DNA from: a virus
Length of the DNA stretch: 64,000 nt
IMG/VR virus record: IMGVR_UViG_3300027754_000005
Location: 3,830 to 67,829 of that record
Direction: 5' to 3' (one strand)
Position numbers and translations under genes: made by a program. Of this stretch, positions 1 through 10,157 are shown in pieces. The notes under the pieces were generated by a model, which did no database searches, was not told the origin of the DNA, and saw nothing but the letters and a program-made list of their open reading frames with translations. Position 1 is the stretch's first letter, and each line of letters opens with the position of its first letter.

Positions 1-692
1 GTTGATTTGATAGGGTTCAAATCATTATCGGCTGTACCAGAACGGAGAACCGATTTCAGAATTACTTCTGACTGGAACTCGAGTGCTGGAGGAACAACTA
101 ACTGCTCAGCTTTCAGACGAATACGCTTACCGTTATTGTCGATAGCGCCACGGATTTGAATCAAAATCTGTTCAACAGAAGTTTGGCTCAATGAAGCAGC
201 GGTTGACAATTTATTGCTGTATGTTTGACCATTAGCAATAGGGTGAGCTGTACTAATCAAAACTACGCCGTCGCCACCAGTGTAACCGCTTGTGAACGCA
301 AAGTTCAACAAGTTAGCACACAAAGTTTCCTTAGTTTCAATCATAGACTGAGCTAAGTGTTTAGCGAAGGTAGAGCCGATACGGATGTGATCGCCGTCTT
401 CCATCAAAACTTTGGTCAAGGCATAAGCCAAGCCATAGATTTGGTAGATGAAACGGGTGATGTACAATGTACCACCTTGATCATAGCTGACAGGAGTACC
501 GTCAGGCATGGCAGGTGCAGCATTCATACCGAAGAGCATTACTTCTTCGTGATAGTTACGTGGAATACCTTGGATCTGTTCTACAAATCCTTTCCACTCG
601 TCGGCGCGTTGTTCGTATACGCCATCAAAGACTTCGTTGATAATCGGTTCGACTACCGCACGAAAGTCGGTACTACGCATTGGGGTTGCCAT
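1..692 (-). CDS. Major capsid protein (3' end runs off the window; missing from the ORF track)
   Basis: Manual translation from ATG at 692: MATPMRSTDFRAVVEPIINEVFDGVYEQRADEW...LVVPPALEF..., open to position 1; AAGGAA SD upstream; lies downstream of portal and scaffold; resembles Bcep22-type capsid proteins. Confidence 0.85.
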   Translation of the reverse strand, partial: MATPMRSTDFRAVVEPIINEVFDGVYEQRADEWKGFVEQIQGIPRNYHEEVMLFGMNAAPAMPDGTPVSYDQGGTLYITRFIYQIYGLAYALTKVLMEDGDHIRIGSTFAKHLAQSMIETKETLCANLLNFAFTSGYTGGDGVVLISTAHPIANGQTYSNKLSTAASLSQTSVEQILIQIRGAIDNNGKRIRLKAEQLVVPPALEFQSEVILKSVLRSGTADNDLNPIKS

Positions 693-717
693 TTGCTATT
701 CCTTTTCTTTCGTTATA

Positions 718-1389
718 TTAAGAGTAAGCGACCGAAACAGACGGAGCGACTAATTGACTGTTAGCGATTTGAACTTGTACGATTGTGTAAGTGTCAGCCC
801 AGGCATTTGTTTGCCCTGTTGGCCAAGCAGTTTCACGACCTAAACCAACCACTTTAACTTGACCTTGAGCACCGGTTGCTACTGGTGATGCAGCCAAAGC
901 TGTTTGTGAGAAGCCAGCGCCACCGTTGCCGATAGATTGACCTACCGTTGGGTTATTTGTTGCATCAAAATCGTAAGCCTTGCCAATAGCCGTAGTTGCC
1001 ACTGAACCATTACACTGAGCTTCGTAAACCAATTGAGGATCTGTGAAGAGCCAAAAAATGATTTGTGTAGAAGCATCAAGAGTTAGTTTAGAAGCCCATT
1101 TAGCTACTGAACGACGACCTTGTGAGTCTGTAAATTCAACGCCATCAAATACGCCAAACATTTTGCCAGTTGCGGCTAATGTAGGTGCTGGGATCAATTG
1201 ACCCGATGTGTTGATTCCTACTGGTTGATATTGATAGAAAGCCTGACCAGTTGTGAGACCGTAAGGTGCATTGTAAGTATTGTCAGTAGCAGCTTGAAAG
1301 CTGTTGGTACCCACAAACTGAGTTGCACGATCCAGACCACTTGGGTGGTAGGCAGGCTTCATACCAAAGGGAAGATATGTCGTAGACAT
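718..1389 (-). CDS. Capsid decoration/minor head protein
   Basis: 223 aa, Gly/Ala/Thr-rich beta-type sequence directly upstream of the capsid gene; AAGGA SD. Confidence 0.6.
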   Translation of the reverse strand: MSTTYLPFGMKPAYHPSGLDRATQFVGTNSFQAATDNTYNAPYGLTTGQAFYQYQPVGINTSGQLIPAPTLAATGKMFGVFDGVEFTDSQGRRSVAKWASKLTLDASTQIIFWLFTDPQLVYEAQCNGSVATTAIGKAYDFDATNNPTVGQSIGNGGAGFSQTALAASPVATGAQGQVKVVGLGRETAWPTGQTNAWADTYTIVQVQIANSQLVAPSVSVAYS

Positions 1390-1422
1390 GTAATTTTATT
1401 CCTTTTGTTTTTTTGAAGAATG

Positions 1423-1977
1423 TTAATCGAAGCGGATATTACTATTCGCCTTTGCGGCCTCTTTTTCCATTTCCAAAACTCCACCTTCAAGAATTGAGCG
1501 TCCGCCCTTACCTTCTTGTGCAGTATTACGCACATTTGCGGTAATGTTGCGTTGATGATCTAGCGGATCCTCTAGGTGCATCATGCGCATCACTTCTTGA
1601 TAGATTTCTTCTGGTAACTTGAAGAGAACCATCTCGTTACAGCTAACACAGCCTTCAAACTTGCCCGAGCTCATTTTGCCTAGTCCTTCAAAGCCTTTTC
1701 CTAATTCGGAGGCTTTAACTGGCTCATAACCCAATGCTACGCGTTTGTCGATACTGTCATAATTATTTGTAGTGGATAACCAGCACAAATGAAAGCCAGG
1801 GATAATCCCCGCTGGCAAGTCTGGCAATGCGCTATTTTGCCATTTATCTCTGAACGCCTCTGCACGTTCGCGCTTGGTTTTATTGCTAGGATCTTCTGTT
1901 GCAATCCGTTCTTTAGTTTCTTGTACACGATCCGCTAAGCGGTCTTCGATGTCACGTTTAATTCTTGTGTTTGCCAT
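1423..1977 (-). CDS. Head-module hypothetical protein
   Basis: 184 aa ORF tightly packed between scaffold and decoration genes. Confidence 0.7.
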   Translation of the reverse strand: MANTRIKRDIEDRLADRVQETKERIATEDPSNKTKRERAEAFRDKWQNSALPDLPAGIIPGFHLCWLSTTNNYDSIDKRVALGYEPVKASELGKGFEGLGKMSSGKFEGCVSCNEMVLFKLPEEIYQEVMRMMHLEDPLDHQRNITANVRNTAQEGKGGRSILEGGVLEMEKEAAKANSNIRFD

Positions 1978-1982
1978 GATAA

Positions 1983-2960
1983 TTAACCTTTATTTTCACG
2001 ATCATACTGTGCATAAGCACGGATCATTTTGTTTCGTTTTTCTACATCGTCCCACGCACCAGCGTCTTTAATTGCATTAACACGATCACGAGAAAGTGTG
2101 ATGGTGCCAGCTTTTTGACTGGTGGTATTTGCAACCCTACTTGATGCTGTGGGGTTTGCCCGCCTATTACTTCCGCCTTTTGATACATAGCGGTGCGGTA
2201 AACGACTTGCTAAACGACTGTCTAACTCTTCCCAATACTCGGAATCACTAGGATCCCAACCATCGGCAGCGAGTTCTTGGTCAACTACTTTGGCAATTCT
2301 ACTATCTGTATCTCGAGCTTGTGGATCGTACCAAGCGTTTTTCTTTAACCAACGAGTAGCATTTTCTTGTACTTCATTACTAATTGGGTTAGGAACATTT
2401 TGCTTTGGCGCTTTAGCAGCCTCGAGCTGTTGTTTCTTGTAATATTGAGCTTGATTGAGACGCTGTTTAGCATCTGTCAATTGCTCTAAATACTCTACTT
2501 GAGCTGATGCATCATTAGCTTGCGTTGCTTGCAACATCTTCATTTTTGCGTATTCAACTCTTGTAGCTTCGTCTTCGATAGCTTTATCAAGTTGTGCAAA
2601 TTGATACGATGATGCTGTATTTTCTACTTTAGCAAGGCGTTCTGCTAGGTCTGCATTGTGACGCTCAAGCATTTTAATCTTGTTTTGCGCCGAAAAATCA
2701 CGCTGTTTCTTTAACTCTTTTTTGAGTCTGCGTTCTTCTCTACGAGCTTCACGGATCGCTTCACGCTCATCATCTGAGACATCATCAGTTTCATCCGCAT
2801 CTGCGTCAGCATCTTCTTCACGCTCTTCATCAGTGCGTTCGTCAGCATGCGTTTCTTCTTTTTCGACTTCATCAACGCTATCTGGTATTTCTACCTTGGC
2901 GAGGACAGAGCCATCTTCTTGTTCCTTAATTGGAACGTCTTTCTTTTCATTTTCTGCCAT
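1983..2960 (-). CDS. Putative scaffolding protein
   Basis: Acidic N-terminus, coiled-coil middle, basic C-terminal tail; located between portal and capsid. Confidence 0.7.
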   Translation of the reverse strand: MAENEKKDVPIKEQEDGSVLAKVEIPDSVDEVEKEETHADERTDEEREEDADADADETDDVSDDEREAIREARREERRLKKELKKQRDFSAQNKIKMLERHNADLAERLAKVENTASSYQFAQLDKAIEDEATRVEYAKMKMLQATQANDASAQVEYLEQLTDAKQRLNQAQYYKKQQLEAAKAPKQNVPNPISNEVQENATRWLKKNAWYDPQARDTDSRIAKVVDQELAADGWDPSDSEYWEELDSRLASRLPHRYVSKGGSNRRANPTASSRVANTTSQKAGTITLSRDRVNAIKDAGAWDDVEKRNKMIRAYAQYDRENKG

Positions 2961-2978
2961 TTTGTACTTTCTACAAAG

Positions 2979-3419
2979 TTAATCTACAAACGCTTTCATT
3001 TTCTGTGCCGCTTCAAATGACTTGATCTTAGAGATCACTTCACGCGCCTGTAGTGTAATAAACACCACTGGAGCGCCATCGTCGTCTGGTTGCACAACAA
3101 AACGGTCGCCGCCGTACTTAATTGTACGAACTAAGTCACCAACGCTACACCAAGGGCCTTCTGGCCATGGGGTAAGGTCATCTGGGCTTTTATACGCCAG
3201 TGGACCAATATTGATTACTTTAGCTACTGTCTCGTTAAAACGTAAGGTTTGTTTGGTTTCATCAACTAAGATGATACCGCCTTTACTTGTCGTCTTTTCC
3301 CTGCGCAACTGCACAAGTACTCTGTCTCCAAGAATCTCAACGCCCGAGTCTACCTCTGGAAAGCATTCCTGCTCTGAACGTAAATCTGGCTCACTTTTAC
3401 TATTAAAATCAATTGGCAT
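2979..3419 (-). CDS. groES: GroES/Cpn10-like co-chaperonin
   Basis: LGDRVLVQ...KTTSKGGIILVD...KVINIGP...VGDLV..KYGG matches the Cpn10 signature. Confidence 0.85.
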   Translation of the reverse strand: MPIDFNSKSEPDLRSEQECFPEVDSGVEILGDRVLVQLRREKTTSKGGIILVDETKQTLRFNETVAKVINIGPLAYKSPDDLTPWPEGPWCSVGDLVRTIKYGGDRFVVQPDDDGAPVVFITLQAREVISKIKSFEAAQKMKAFVD

Positions 3420-3449
3420 ACGCCAACTCTCCTTACACCTTACGGCGCT

Positions 3450-3638
3450 TTAGTTTTCATCATCCTCTGTTAGGAGGTCTTCTAGAATTGCCATGGCTTG
3501 TTTTAAGCCATCACGATTACCCAATACTCTTTGATAAGAATCAAAGTTATGGATGTTGGAACCTGAAGCTAGAACTTCGGTTGTTTCTTTATCCGCTTCT
3601 TTCAAGCGGCTTATGTACTCAGAAAGTATGTCTCTCAT
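3450..3638 (-). CDS. Small hypothetical protein (start re-called at MRDILSEY)
   Basis: ATG lies 4 nt downstream of the conserved TTTGCATAAGTAG motif. Confidence 0.65.
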   Translation of the reverse strand: MRDILSEYISRLKEADKETTEVLASGSNIHNFDSYQRVLGNRDGLKQAMAILEDLLTEDDEN

Positions 3639-3642
3639 ATTA

Positions 3643-3677
3643 CTACTTATGCAAAGAGGCGAAATATTCCGCCCCAA
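3643..3677 (-). promoter_or_regulatory. Phage promoter motif
   Basis: GGGC-N18-GCATAAGTAG, 4 nt before ATG. Confidence 0.75.
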
Positions 3678-3680
3678 ACA

Positions 3681-3890
3681 TTAATAAAAGTTACCGCCGT
3701 CGAGATCTTTAAGGTTCTTTCCTGGGCCAACTTTTTTGGATTTAGCCATTTTGTTTTGGTTCAAAACGGCATTATTAGCACGTTTGGAACCAGATGAACC
3801 TGCGTCCAGATTTTTGTTTTCTGGGCCACCGCCAGATGACAGTTTGCCAGTTTCTTGATATGTTTGACGAAAGCCTTTTTGATCGGCCAT
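3681..3890 (-). CDS. Small basic hypothetical protein
   Basis: 69 aa, starts 1 nt after the portal stop, GGAG SD. Confidence 0.6.
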   Translation of the reverse strand: MADQKGFRQTYQETGKLSSGGGPENKNLDAGSSGSKRANNAVLNQNKMAKSKKVGPGKNLKDLDGGNFY

Positions 3891-3891
3891 A

Positions 3892-6795
3892 TTATGCTCC
3901 TTGTGGGGGTGTTGGTTGGGGTGCTACTGCTTGTTGTTCTTGCATTTGAGCTATCTGTTGCTGATGAGCTTGATCTGCTTGCTGTAAACCTTGGACATGC
4001 TCTTGCTGAGATTGTTGTAATCCCATAGCATGCTCTTGGGCTGTTTGTTGTAATCCTTGGGCATGTTGCTCTTGGGCGCGTTGAGCTTCTAATTGATGCT
4101 GTACTTGTTGCGCTTGTTGCTCAAAAGATTGTTGTTGTACTGCCAAACCATGTTGACGAATGTCTGCGTTAGCAGCATTAATTGCTTCCATAGCAGAGGC
4201 ATTTTGCTGGGCATCTAAGGCAACTTGCTGTTGGCTCATTTGTGCTTTGGCATTAATCATTGCAACACGCTCTTTAGCGGCATTATTGATGTTAGCCATT
4301 GCCACATTGGTTGCATTACGCTGATTGTCAATATTGGTTTGTGTAGAATACTTAACTTGTAATTCTTGAACATCTTGTTGCAACTCAGCCACTCGAATCT
4401 TAAAGTTTTCTTGGGCTTCTTGCAATTGTGCTTGTAATTTAGCTTGTGATTCTTGTGATTTACGCTGAGTTTCAGCCATCTGAGTTTTCATCAATACATT
4501 GGCAGTTGGGTCAGCTAAAGCTTGCATTTCAATCTGTTGTTGCTGTGCTTGTTGGGCTTTTTGGGCTAATTGCTGAATAACCGGCATAAATGACGCAAAT
4601 TCTTGCTGGCTTTGTTGAGAAACAAGTTGTGCAGCAATTGCAAGAGCTTGTTGGCTTTCTTTATCCAATGTACGCTCTTCATTTAACTTAAATGTGTCTT
4701 TTCCACCCGAGGCTTCTGCCACATAGTTGCGCATAGATTGCAAATAATGCAACGAAATATGTTGCTGGATGTGTTGCAAAAGATTAGAAATAAATGCGGG
4801 TCCAATAACGGGGCTTCCACCATAATTTGGGTCAACTGCAAAGATTAAATGGGTTCTAATGTGAGCCAAATGATCTTGATCGGGAAAAGCAGCAGCCATT
4901 CTGCCCATAACCATGGAAACATTTTCCAAAGCGGGGTTAGATTCCACCACACCGTTGGGGCTTGGCAGAATTTCTTGGATATTTGGTACTTTGAGCTGTT
5001 TAAGAATGCGTAAATGGGCTTCACGCATGTCATAAAGCTGTGGCGCACTGTTTGCAAGCTGTAAAATTGCTTGCGCTTGAGCCAAACGCTGAGTTTCTGA
5101 GAAAATATTAGGGTCAGAAACTGGTCTAATGTCATTATTGGTCGCAAAATCACGAATTTCGATCTCTTCACCAGAGCCATTGTTCATTTCTTCCAAGTAC
5201 CAATGGTTGATACGAGATAAAATGGCTAAAGACTTGGCTTGTGAACGATGTAAGCGAGCGTGAATGCTTGAAAACACCTTGGCACCTTGTTCAATCAGTG
5301 CTTGAGTAGTTCCAACGGGCGCATTGGCGTTAATGTCACCAATTTTTTCTTCAGAGGTGGTTACTACACCTTTGGCTGCGGCTGTTAACCAACCTAAAAG
5401 GCTGAATAAAACAGACGATGGTTGGTTAAATGGCAATGGCATTGCCAATTTACGCACATCATCAACACCTGGAGCGCCTTCAATTTCTACTACTTGGGTT
5501 GGCTCAATTCGGTCACTTTGACCGCCGATGCGACCACCTTTGAGTTTAAGCATTGTCTGGCTGTTATTAATGTGTGCTGCATCCAGCAAAGCACGTAAAG
5601 AGCCAGTAAGGGCGGCAGCAAGACCACCAATAAGATGAGGAAGGCCAATAGCATAAGCACCCCTCCAAGGAATGAACTTAAATTCAACATACCAGTCCAA
5701 CTTCTCAAGTTTTTCATCGCCATATGCCCAGTTTCTGTAAAGTGCTAACACTTTAGAAGTTGAATCATCAACTGTTAAAATGTATGGAGCACGCTTTCCT
5801 TCGGTTTCATTATCGTCATCTAAACGTAGAAAGCAAGTGATTTCATAAACTCGGCGCACACCATCCACATTCTTGGATGGTTTTGTAATACCTTCAATTT
5901 TGTCGTTGGCTTTTTTAGACTGGCTTTGTTGGTCTGTTTCTATGTCAGAAATATAATTGGTATCAATGTCACGATAGATACCTTGATCTACTCGTTGCTT
6001 AAAGATATCTTCTGTAATATCTTGAATTTCAGTTACACGAGCAGAGGTGTAAAAATTGGTTGAGGCATAAGGCAACAAAATGTTGTCAATAGGCACCCAT
6101 TCAGTAGTCGGACGCTTGAGCTCATAGTCATAACGCCATTTGAGATACTGTGATCCGCCTAGTGGCAGTTGAGTGAGCATTTGCTCCATCTCATCACGAT
6201 ACTCTGGGATTTGTTCGGTTAACTGCCAGTTGAGGAAGTTAACTTTTCGATCAGCTATTTCAGTACGCTCTTTGTTGTCGCCACCAAAAATTTGTGATTT
6301 TACAATGCCATCTGATGGCAATAGTTCACGAGAGGCTGACGCAGCAAAGTCAACGCAGGACTCTGCCATAACAGGGTGAACGACTTTAGAGGCTCCATCA
6401 AAGGTTGCGCCTCCAGGCGCGTCCTTACCTAAACCGGTACGGCGTAATCCATCTTCATACTGCTTATCTCGTTCTTTACGAGCTTCACGATCTACTTCAA
6501 TTAAGTCTAAAAATTCAAAAGAAAGGTCATCTAAAGTACTTTCATCAAATTCTTCTGCCAAGTTGGCATAAAATTCTGGATCTTTAAGAGGGCCTTCTGT
6601 AGGTGTTAAGTTGACAATAACAGAACCATCTTCTTGTTCAATGATATCTTCTTGGATATTCATCTCATCATCAAGACCTAAAGCATCTGCGTAAGAATCA
6701 ATCTCTTCATCACTCAACTCAATATCTTCTTTGGAATTATCCAAGGAAGATAGGTTGGCTCCTGTTTGAATAGGAAGTTGTGGTGCTTGTGCCAT
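3892..6795 (-). CDS. Portal protein with long Gln-rich C-terminal coiled coil
   Basis: 967 aa near TerL; motifs VHPVMAESCVDF, VGTTQALIEQG, PVSDPNIFS typical of P22-like podophage portals. Confidence 0.85.
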   Translation of the reverse strand: MAQAPQLPIQTGANLSSLDNSKEDIELSDEEIDSYADALGLDDEMNIQEDIIEQEDGSVIVNLTPTEGPLKDPEFYANLAEEFDESTLDDLSFEFLDLIEVDREARKERDKQYEDGLRRTGLGKDAPGGATFDGASKVVHPVMAESCVDFAASASRELLPSDGIVKSQIFGGDNKERTEIADRKVNFLNWQLTEQIPEYRDEMEQMLTQLPLGGSQYLKWRYDYELKRPTTEWVPIDNILLPYASTNFYTSARVTEIQDITEDIFKQRVDQGIYRDIDTNYISDIETDQQSQSKKANDKIEGITKPSKNVDGVRRVYEITCFLRLDDDNETEGKRAPYILTVDDSTSKVLALYRNWAYGDEKLEKLDWYVEFKFIPWRGAYAIGLPHLIGGLAAALTGSLRALLDAAHINNSQTMLKLKGGRIGGQSDRIEPTQVVEIEGAPGVDDVRKLAMPLPFNQPSSVLFSLLGWLTAAAKGVVTTSEEKIGDINANAPVGTTQALIEQGAKVFSSIHARLHRSQAKSLAILSRINHWYLEEMNNGSGEEIEIRDFATNNDIRPVSDPNIFSETQRLAQAQAILQLANSAPQLYDMREAHLRILKQLKVPNIQEILPSPNGVVESNPALENVSMVMGRMAAAFPDQDHLAHIRTHLIFAVDPNYGGSPVIGPAFISNLLQHIQQHISLHYLQSMRNYVAEASGGKDTFKLNEERTLDKESQQALAIAAQLVSQQSQQEFASFMPVIQQLAQKAQQAQQQQIEMQALADPTANVLMKTQMAETQRKSQESQAKLQAQLQEAQENFKIRVAELQQDVQELQVKYSTQTNIDNQRNATNVAMANINNAAKERVAMINAKAQMSQQQVALDAQQNASAMEAINAANADIRQHGLAVQQQSFEQQAQQVQHQLEAQRAQEQHAQGLQQTAQEHAMGLQQSQQEHVQGLQQADQAHQQQIAQMQEQQAVAPQPTPPQGA

Positions 6796-6798
6796 TAA

Positions 6799-7707
6799 TT
6801 ATTTTCCAGAAATGTGTTTTTGAATTAGCATTTTGCTAATATCTTTAAATGGTTTTACTTTGCCACCTTTTTTAAAACCAGCAGCGTTGCCCATTATATC
6901 AACATTTGGCATTTGTGCGGGTTCTTGTGGTGCGTCTTTATCAATCACCGGAATCGGAGGAGGTGGGACTGGATTATGATACGCATCCCGAATAGTGTTT
7001 AAAAGTTCAGTATTTTTTGGATGGCTAACATAATCCATGTTTGCTTTCATACCAGCCAAATATTGTGGGCTGGTTTGTTTATCTTCACTAATGCCAGTGC
7101 CAAACCAATGGTTAAATGGGTCGCCACCTTTTAATTTTGCTTTTGCGTGGGCATCATAAATTGCTGGCCCAAATCCAGCGGCTGCAGGATCGTAACCTTC
7201 TTTTACTAGGTTACGATAAATCTCTAAAGACTTTGGATCTCGGTAGTTAAACTGGTTATATCCAAGATTGGTTCTACCTTCTTTAAACACCATAGCAGCT
7301 AACTGTTCTGGTGAGAATTGTGGCACGCCATGTTTTTCACCAGCACGCATAACACTGATCCAATTTTTTAATGCGTTAGAGTCAATTTCACTAGGAAGTG
7401 TTTCCAAACCTTCTTTTGTGGTGTGTTTTGGAATTGTCCCACGGCGGTGGTACTTTACAGGCGCTGAATCTTGAAAATAGAAAAACTCAGGTTGTCCATG
7501 ATACATTGGCATCTGAACATCTGAGGGTAGATCTTTTGGTGTTACCGATGGAGCTCTTCCCATTGCCAAACCAGCAGATGGTGCTGCCGCTGCTAATGCC
7601 GCTTGCATCTGTGCTTGAGATGGAGTTTTGCCACCAGCTTGCATATGAGGAATGCCAGCTTGCTCAAGAATCATTTGATTGGGAGTTTTAATAAGGGAGA
7701 GCGTCAT
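6799..7707 (-). CDS. Hypothetical virion-associated protein
   Basis: 302 aa between TerL and portal; carries QAGG and FKKGG motifs; own promoter motif. Confidence 0.6.
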   Translation of the reverse strand: MTLSLIKTPNQMILEQAGIPHMQAGGKTPSQAQMQAALAAAAPSAGLAMGRAPSVTPKDLPSDVQMPMYHGQPEFFYFQDSAPVKYHRRGTIPKHTTKEGLETLPSEIDSNALKNWISVMRAGEKHGVPQFSPEQLAAMVFKEGRTNLGYNQFNYRDPKSLEIYRNLVKEGYDPAAAGFGPAIYDAHAKAKLKGGDPFNHWFGTGISEDKQTSPQYLAGMKANMDYVSHPKNTELLNTIRDAYHNPVPPPPIPVIDKDAPQEPAQMPNVDIMGNAAGFKKGGKVKPFKDISKMLIQKHISGK

Positions 7708-7715
7708 ATCTATAA

Positions 7716-7748
7716 CTACTTATGCAAAATAGCTTGTATGTTCGCCCT
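7716..7748 (-). promoter_or_regulatory. Phage promoter motif
   Basis: GGGC-N18-GCATAAGTAG, 8 nt before ATG. Confidence 0.75.
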
Positions 7749-9189
7749 AAACTGCATAGGGGTTATAACGTTTCTTATTTCGGTCGTCGGCGTAGTCCAT
7801 ATCTCGAGTTGGAAGCAAATCAAGCTGAATCCATCCAGAATCACGCAGGACACGCAATGCTTGGGACAAAACGTCCACATAGTCATCGTGCCCGCCAGAC
7901 TCTGGAAACGAACACACCTGCCGTATAAAGCGTTTTGCCCATGGTGCTACCTCGCCGGGTTTGTCGGGATCTTCTGGGATGTAGACTTTACCTTTAGCAA
8001 TTAGCGGTGCAACAATGTTGATACGCTGGACTTTGTCAGCACGCCCTGGGTTATAACCTCGCACAGGAACGCCAGATCCTTGAAGTTCTTGAATCAGTGA
8101 GATACCAGCCGATTTGTCTTCCATGAGGATGAGGTCGGCTTTCCTACCTTTGGCAAACTCATTGTCCGAACCATACACCACTTCTTTAAAATCGTTGATC
8201 ACTTTACGGCGTAGCTCTGGATAACCTAAGTGCTGATCCCATGCATCTAAAAGAATGATTGCCGTGCCAATGTCTACCGACTCAAAGATACCGAACACAC
8301 CGCACGCTGTTGGGTCGTTGGCGGTTTTTTCTGAGGTAGCGGGGTCGTAGCTGGCAATCACATACTCAAGTACTGGAGACGGCTTTTTGGCTGGCCATGT
8401 TTTAAACCAGCGCCGTTTGACAATACCCGCATCTTCTGGATCCAGAATAGCGCCATAGATCTCTTGCTTACCAAGGTCGGTGCCTTCATAGGTTTCAAGC
8501 GCTTTAAAGAACGATGACGATAGGTTAGCTCGGTTTTCATAGGAGCTGGCGTTGACCACAAACACATCGCCACCAATTTTGCCTTCGTTCAAATCCACGA
8601 TCAGTTCTCTGGGCTTGGGTGTCGTGGTGATGATCTGCTGAACTCGAGCAATCCGAGGGTCACGCAGACGCATGGTGAACTGCGCTTGATCCCATGCGTC
8701 GTCCAGATAGTCGAACGCGGCTAACTCGTCATACCAGCCACCATGGAACTGCTTACCACGATAACGCTCTGGTTCGGAAGCTGGGATGCCTTGGATAATC
8801 GAGCCATTCTTAAGCGTAATCTCAAACAACGATTTGTTGTAGGTCTCAATCAATTCTGGCGGGATGATGTTTAAAAGACCAGAGTCACCTTCAAAGCAGG
8901 TTGCCCTAATGTCGTTGGAGGTTGGTGCTGTGACCAACCAACGTGTGCCACTGAACTGGGCTGCACGTTGTCCAATCCAATTTGAGGCGGTGTAGGTCTT
9001 ACCAGCGCCCCGCCCCGCCAACATGAGCATAATGTCATACTCGCCGTCCTCGGGCTCACGCTGATGCTTAAGCGCTTGTACTTCCCAACGGATCTGCCAG
9101 AGCGCAAGAGCTAGTTGATCTTTTGGCCAGTGTTGTCGTTTTGCTGCAAAGCTGGCAAGCAGCTTTTCTTGAATTGCGTTTAATGCCAT
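7747..9189 (-). CDS. terL: Terminase large subunit
   Basis: Walker A AGRGAGKT, Walker B GWYDE, motif III TTTP, nuclease SYDPA...HDDYVDVLSQAL. Confidence 0.95.
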   Translation of the reverse strand: MALNAIQEKLLASFAAKRQHWPKDQLALALWQIRWEVQALKHQREPEDGEYDIMLMLAGRGAGKTYTASNWIGQRAAQFSGTRWLVTAPTSNDIRATCFEGDSGLLNIIPPELIETYNKSLFEITLKNGSIIQGIPASEPERYRGKQFHGGWYDELAAFDYLDDAWDQAQFTMRLRDPRIARVQQIITTTPKPRELIVDLNEGKIGGDVFVVNASSYENRANLSSSFFKALETYEGTDLGKQEIYGAILDPEDAGIVKRRWFKTWPAKKPSPVLEYVIASYDPATSEKTANDPTACGVFGIFESVDIGTAIILLDAWDQHLGYPELRRKVINDFKEVVYGSDNEFAKGRKADLILMEDKSAGISLIQELQGSGVPVRGYNPGRADKVQRINIVAPLIAKGKVYIPEDPDKPGEVAPWAKRFIRQVCSFPESGGHDDYVDVLSQALRVLRDSGWIQLDLLPTRDMDYADDRNKKRYNPYAV

Positions 9190-10157
9190 ATTGGTAGAAA
9201 TCCCTGACCGACCACAAACGGCGCATCTGTTTCGATGTGTACTGTGGGCGCGGGATCTATTCTCTCCACTTTAGTTATCATGCGGCGCTTATGACCCTTG
9301 ATACCCTTTTTGGTTTGTTGCTTGGGGTGCAACTGGATATCGGTCTTAAACGTAAATTGGTGCGTGAGCGATGAGCGGTTATCAAACACATAGCTCTTCA
9401 TTCCCAGCGATTCACAGATCGATTGCAGAGTGATCAGAAACCGCAGGTCACGGGAGAAGACAAGAAACCGATCTAGTCGTGCATTGTAGCTCCCTGGTTT
9501 CATCGCAACAATTCCCTTGAGAAACTCAATCCGCTGTTCGATACTGCCGAAAGTGTATTCGATTGGCAGTGTGGTTGGAATGCTGGAATAGCGGGTTAGA
9601 AATGAGACGCCAATGGATTGCTTAAATGTAAGGGTGTTTCCTTTTCGATCGGTGTGCCACCCCAAAGCGCGGATCTTCTTTTGCACTGGGTCAACCCAGT
9701 CTGGATCAAAGGTAAAGACCACCTTGCCTTTTTGTTTGGCTGCCCACAATCCCACAATGAATGGTGGCACAGGATGATCCTCATAGGGAAAATGTATTGG
9801 ATCGGTGTTTTCAATCGAGAACACATTCCAGCCTCGTTTGTCCCTCAGTCCCTTTTCAAGCAAGTCGTCTGGTGTGTAATAGCGCTGGATGTAGTGGCGT
9901 TTGTATTTACCTTGATGCCGAGATTCTCTCTGGCGGTTTCTAGTGGTGAAGGCTGGAAACCGAGTGTGTTGGTCGACTTCCAGATAAACTCCATCTTTTA
10001 ACTGCACATCAAACATCTGGGTTGGGGTGTAGTGCTGAATGGTTTTAATCGGTAGTGGATAGCCATCCCACGAAAAGACATAATCTTTTGTAGTTAACTG
10101 ACCCGCCAGTTTCCAGCCTCCCAATACGGGGACTGGGGTGTTACTTGCTATGCCCAA
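9180..10157 (-). CDS. Free-standing degenerate intein-like (Hint + LAGLIDADG-derived) protein
   Basis: N-terminus GIASNTPVPVLGGWKLAGQL...VFSWDG (block A-like); C-terminus ITKVERID...VHIETD..FVVGQGFLPIWH (blocks F/G-like); eroded endonuclease motifs PPFIVGLW and RIEFLKGIV. Confidence 0.75.
   Translation of the reverse strand: MGIASNTPVPVLGGWKLAGQLTTKDYVFSWDGYPLPIKTIQHYTPTQMFDVQLKDGVYLEVDQHTRFPAFTTRNRQRESRHQGKYKRHYIQRYYTPDDLLEKGLRDKRGWNVFSIENTDPIHFPYEDHPVPPFIVGLWAAKQKGKVVFTFDPDWVDPVQKKIRALGWHTDRKGNTLTFKQSIGVSFLTRYSSIPTTLPIEYTFGSIEQRIEFLKGIVAMKPGSYNARLDRFLVFSRDLRFLITLQSICESLGMKSYVFDNRSSLTHQFTFKTDIQLHPKQQTKKGIKGHKRRMITKVERIDPAPTVHIETDAPFVVGQGFLPIWH

Noticed and set aside
357-764. 135-aa plus-strand ORF
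   Set aside because: Antisense to the major capsid gene
9180-10157. Functional intein within TerL
   Set aside because: Different frame from terL, own stop codon, no N-extein, no Cys/Ser1 or terminal Asn
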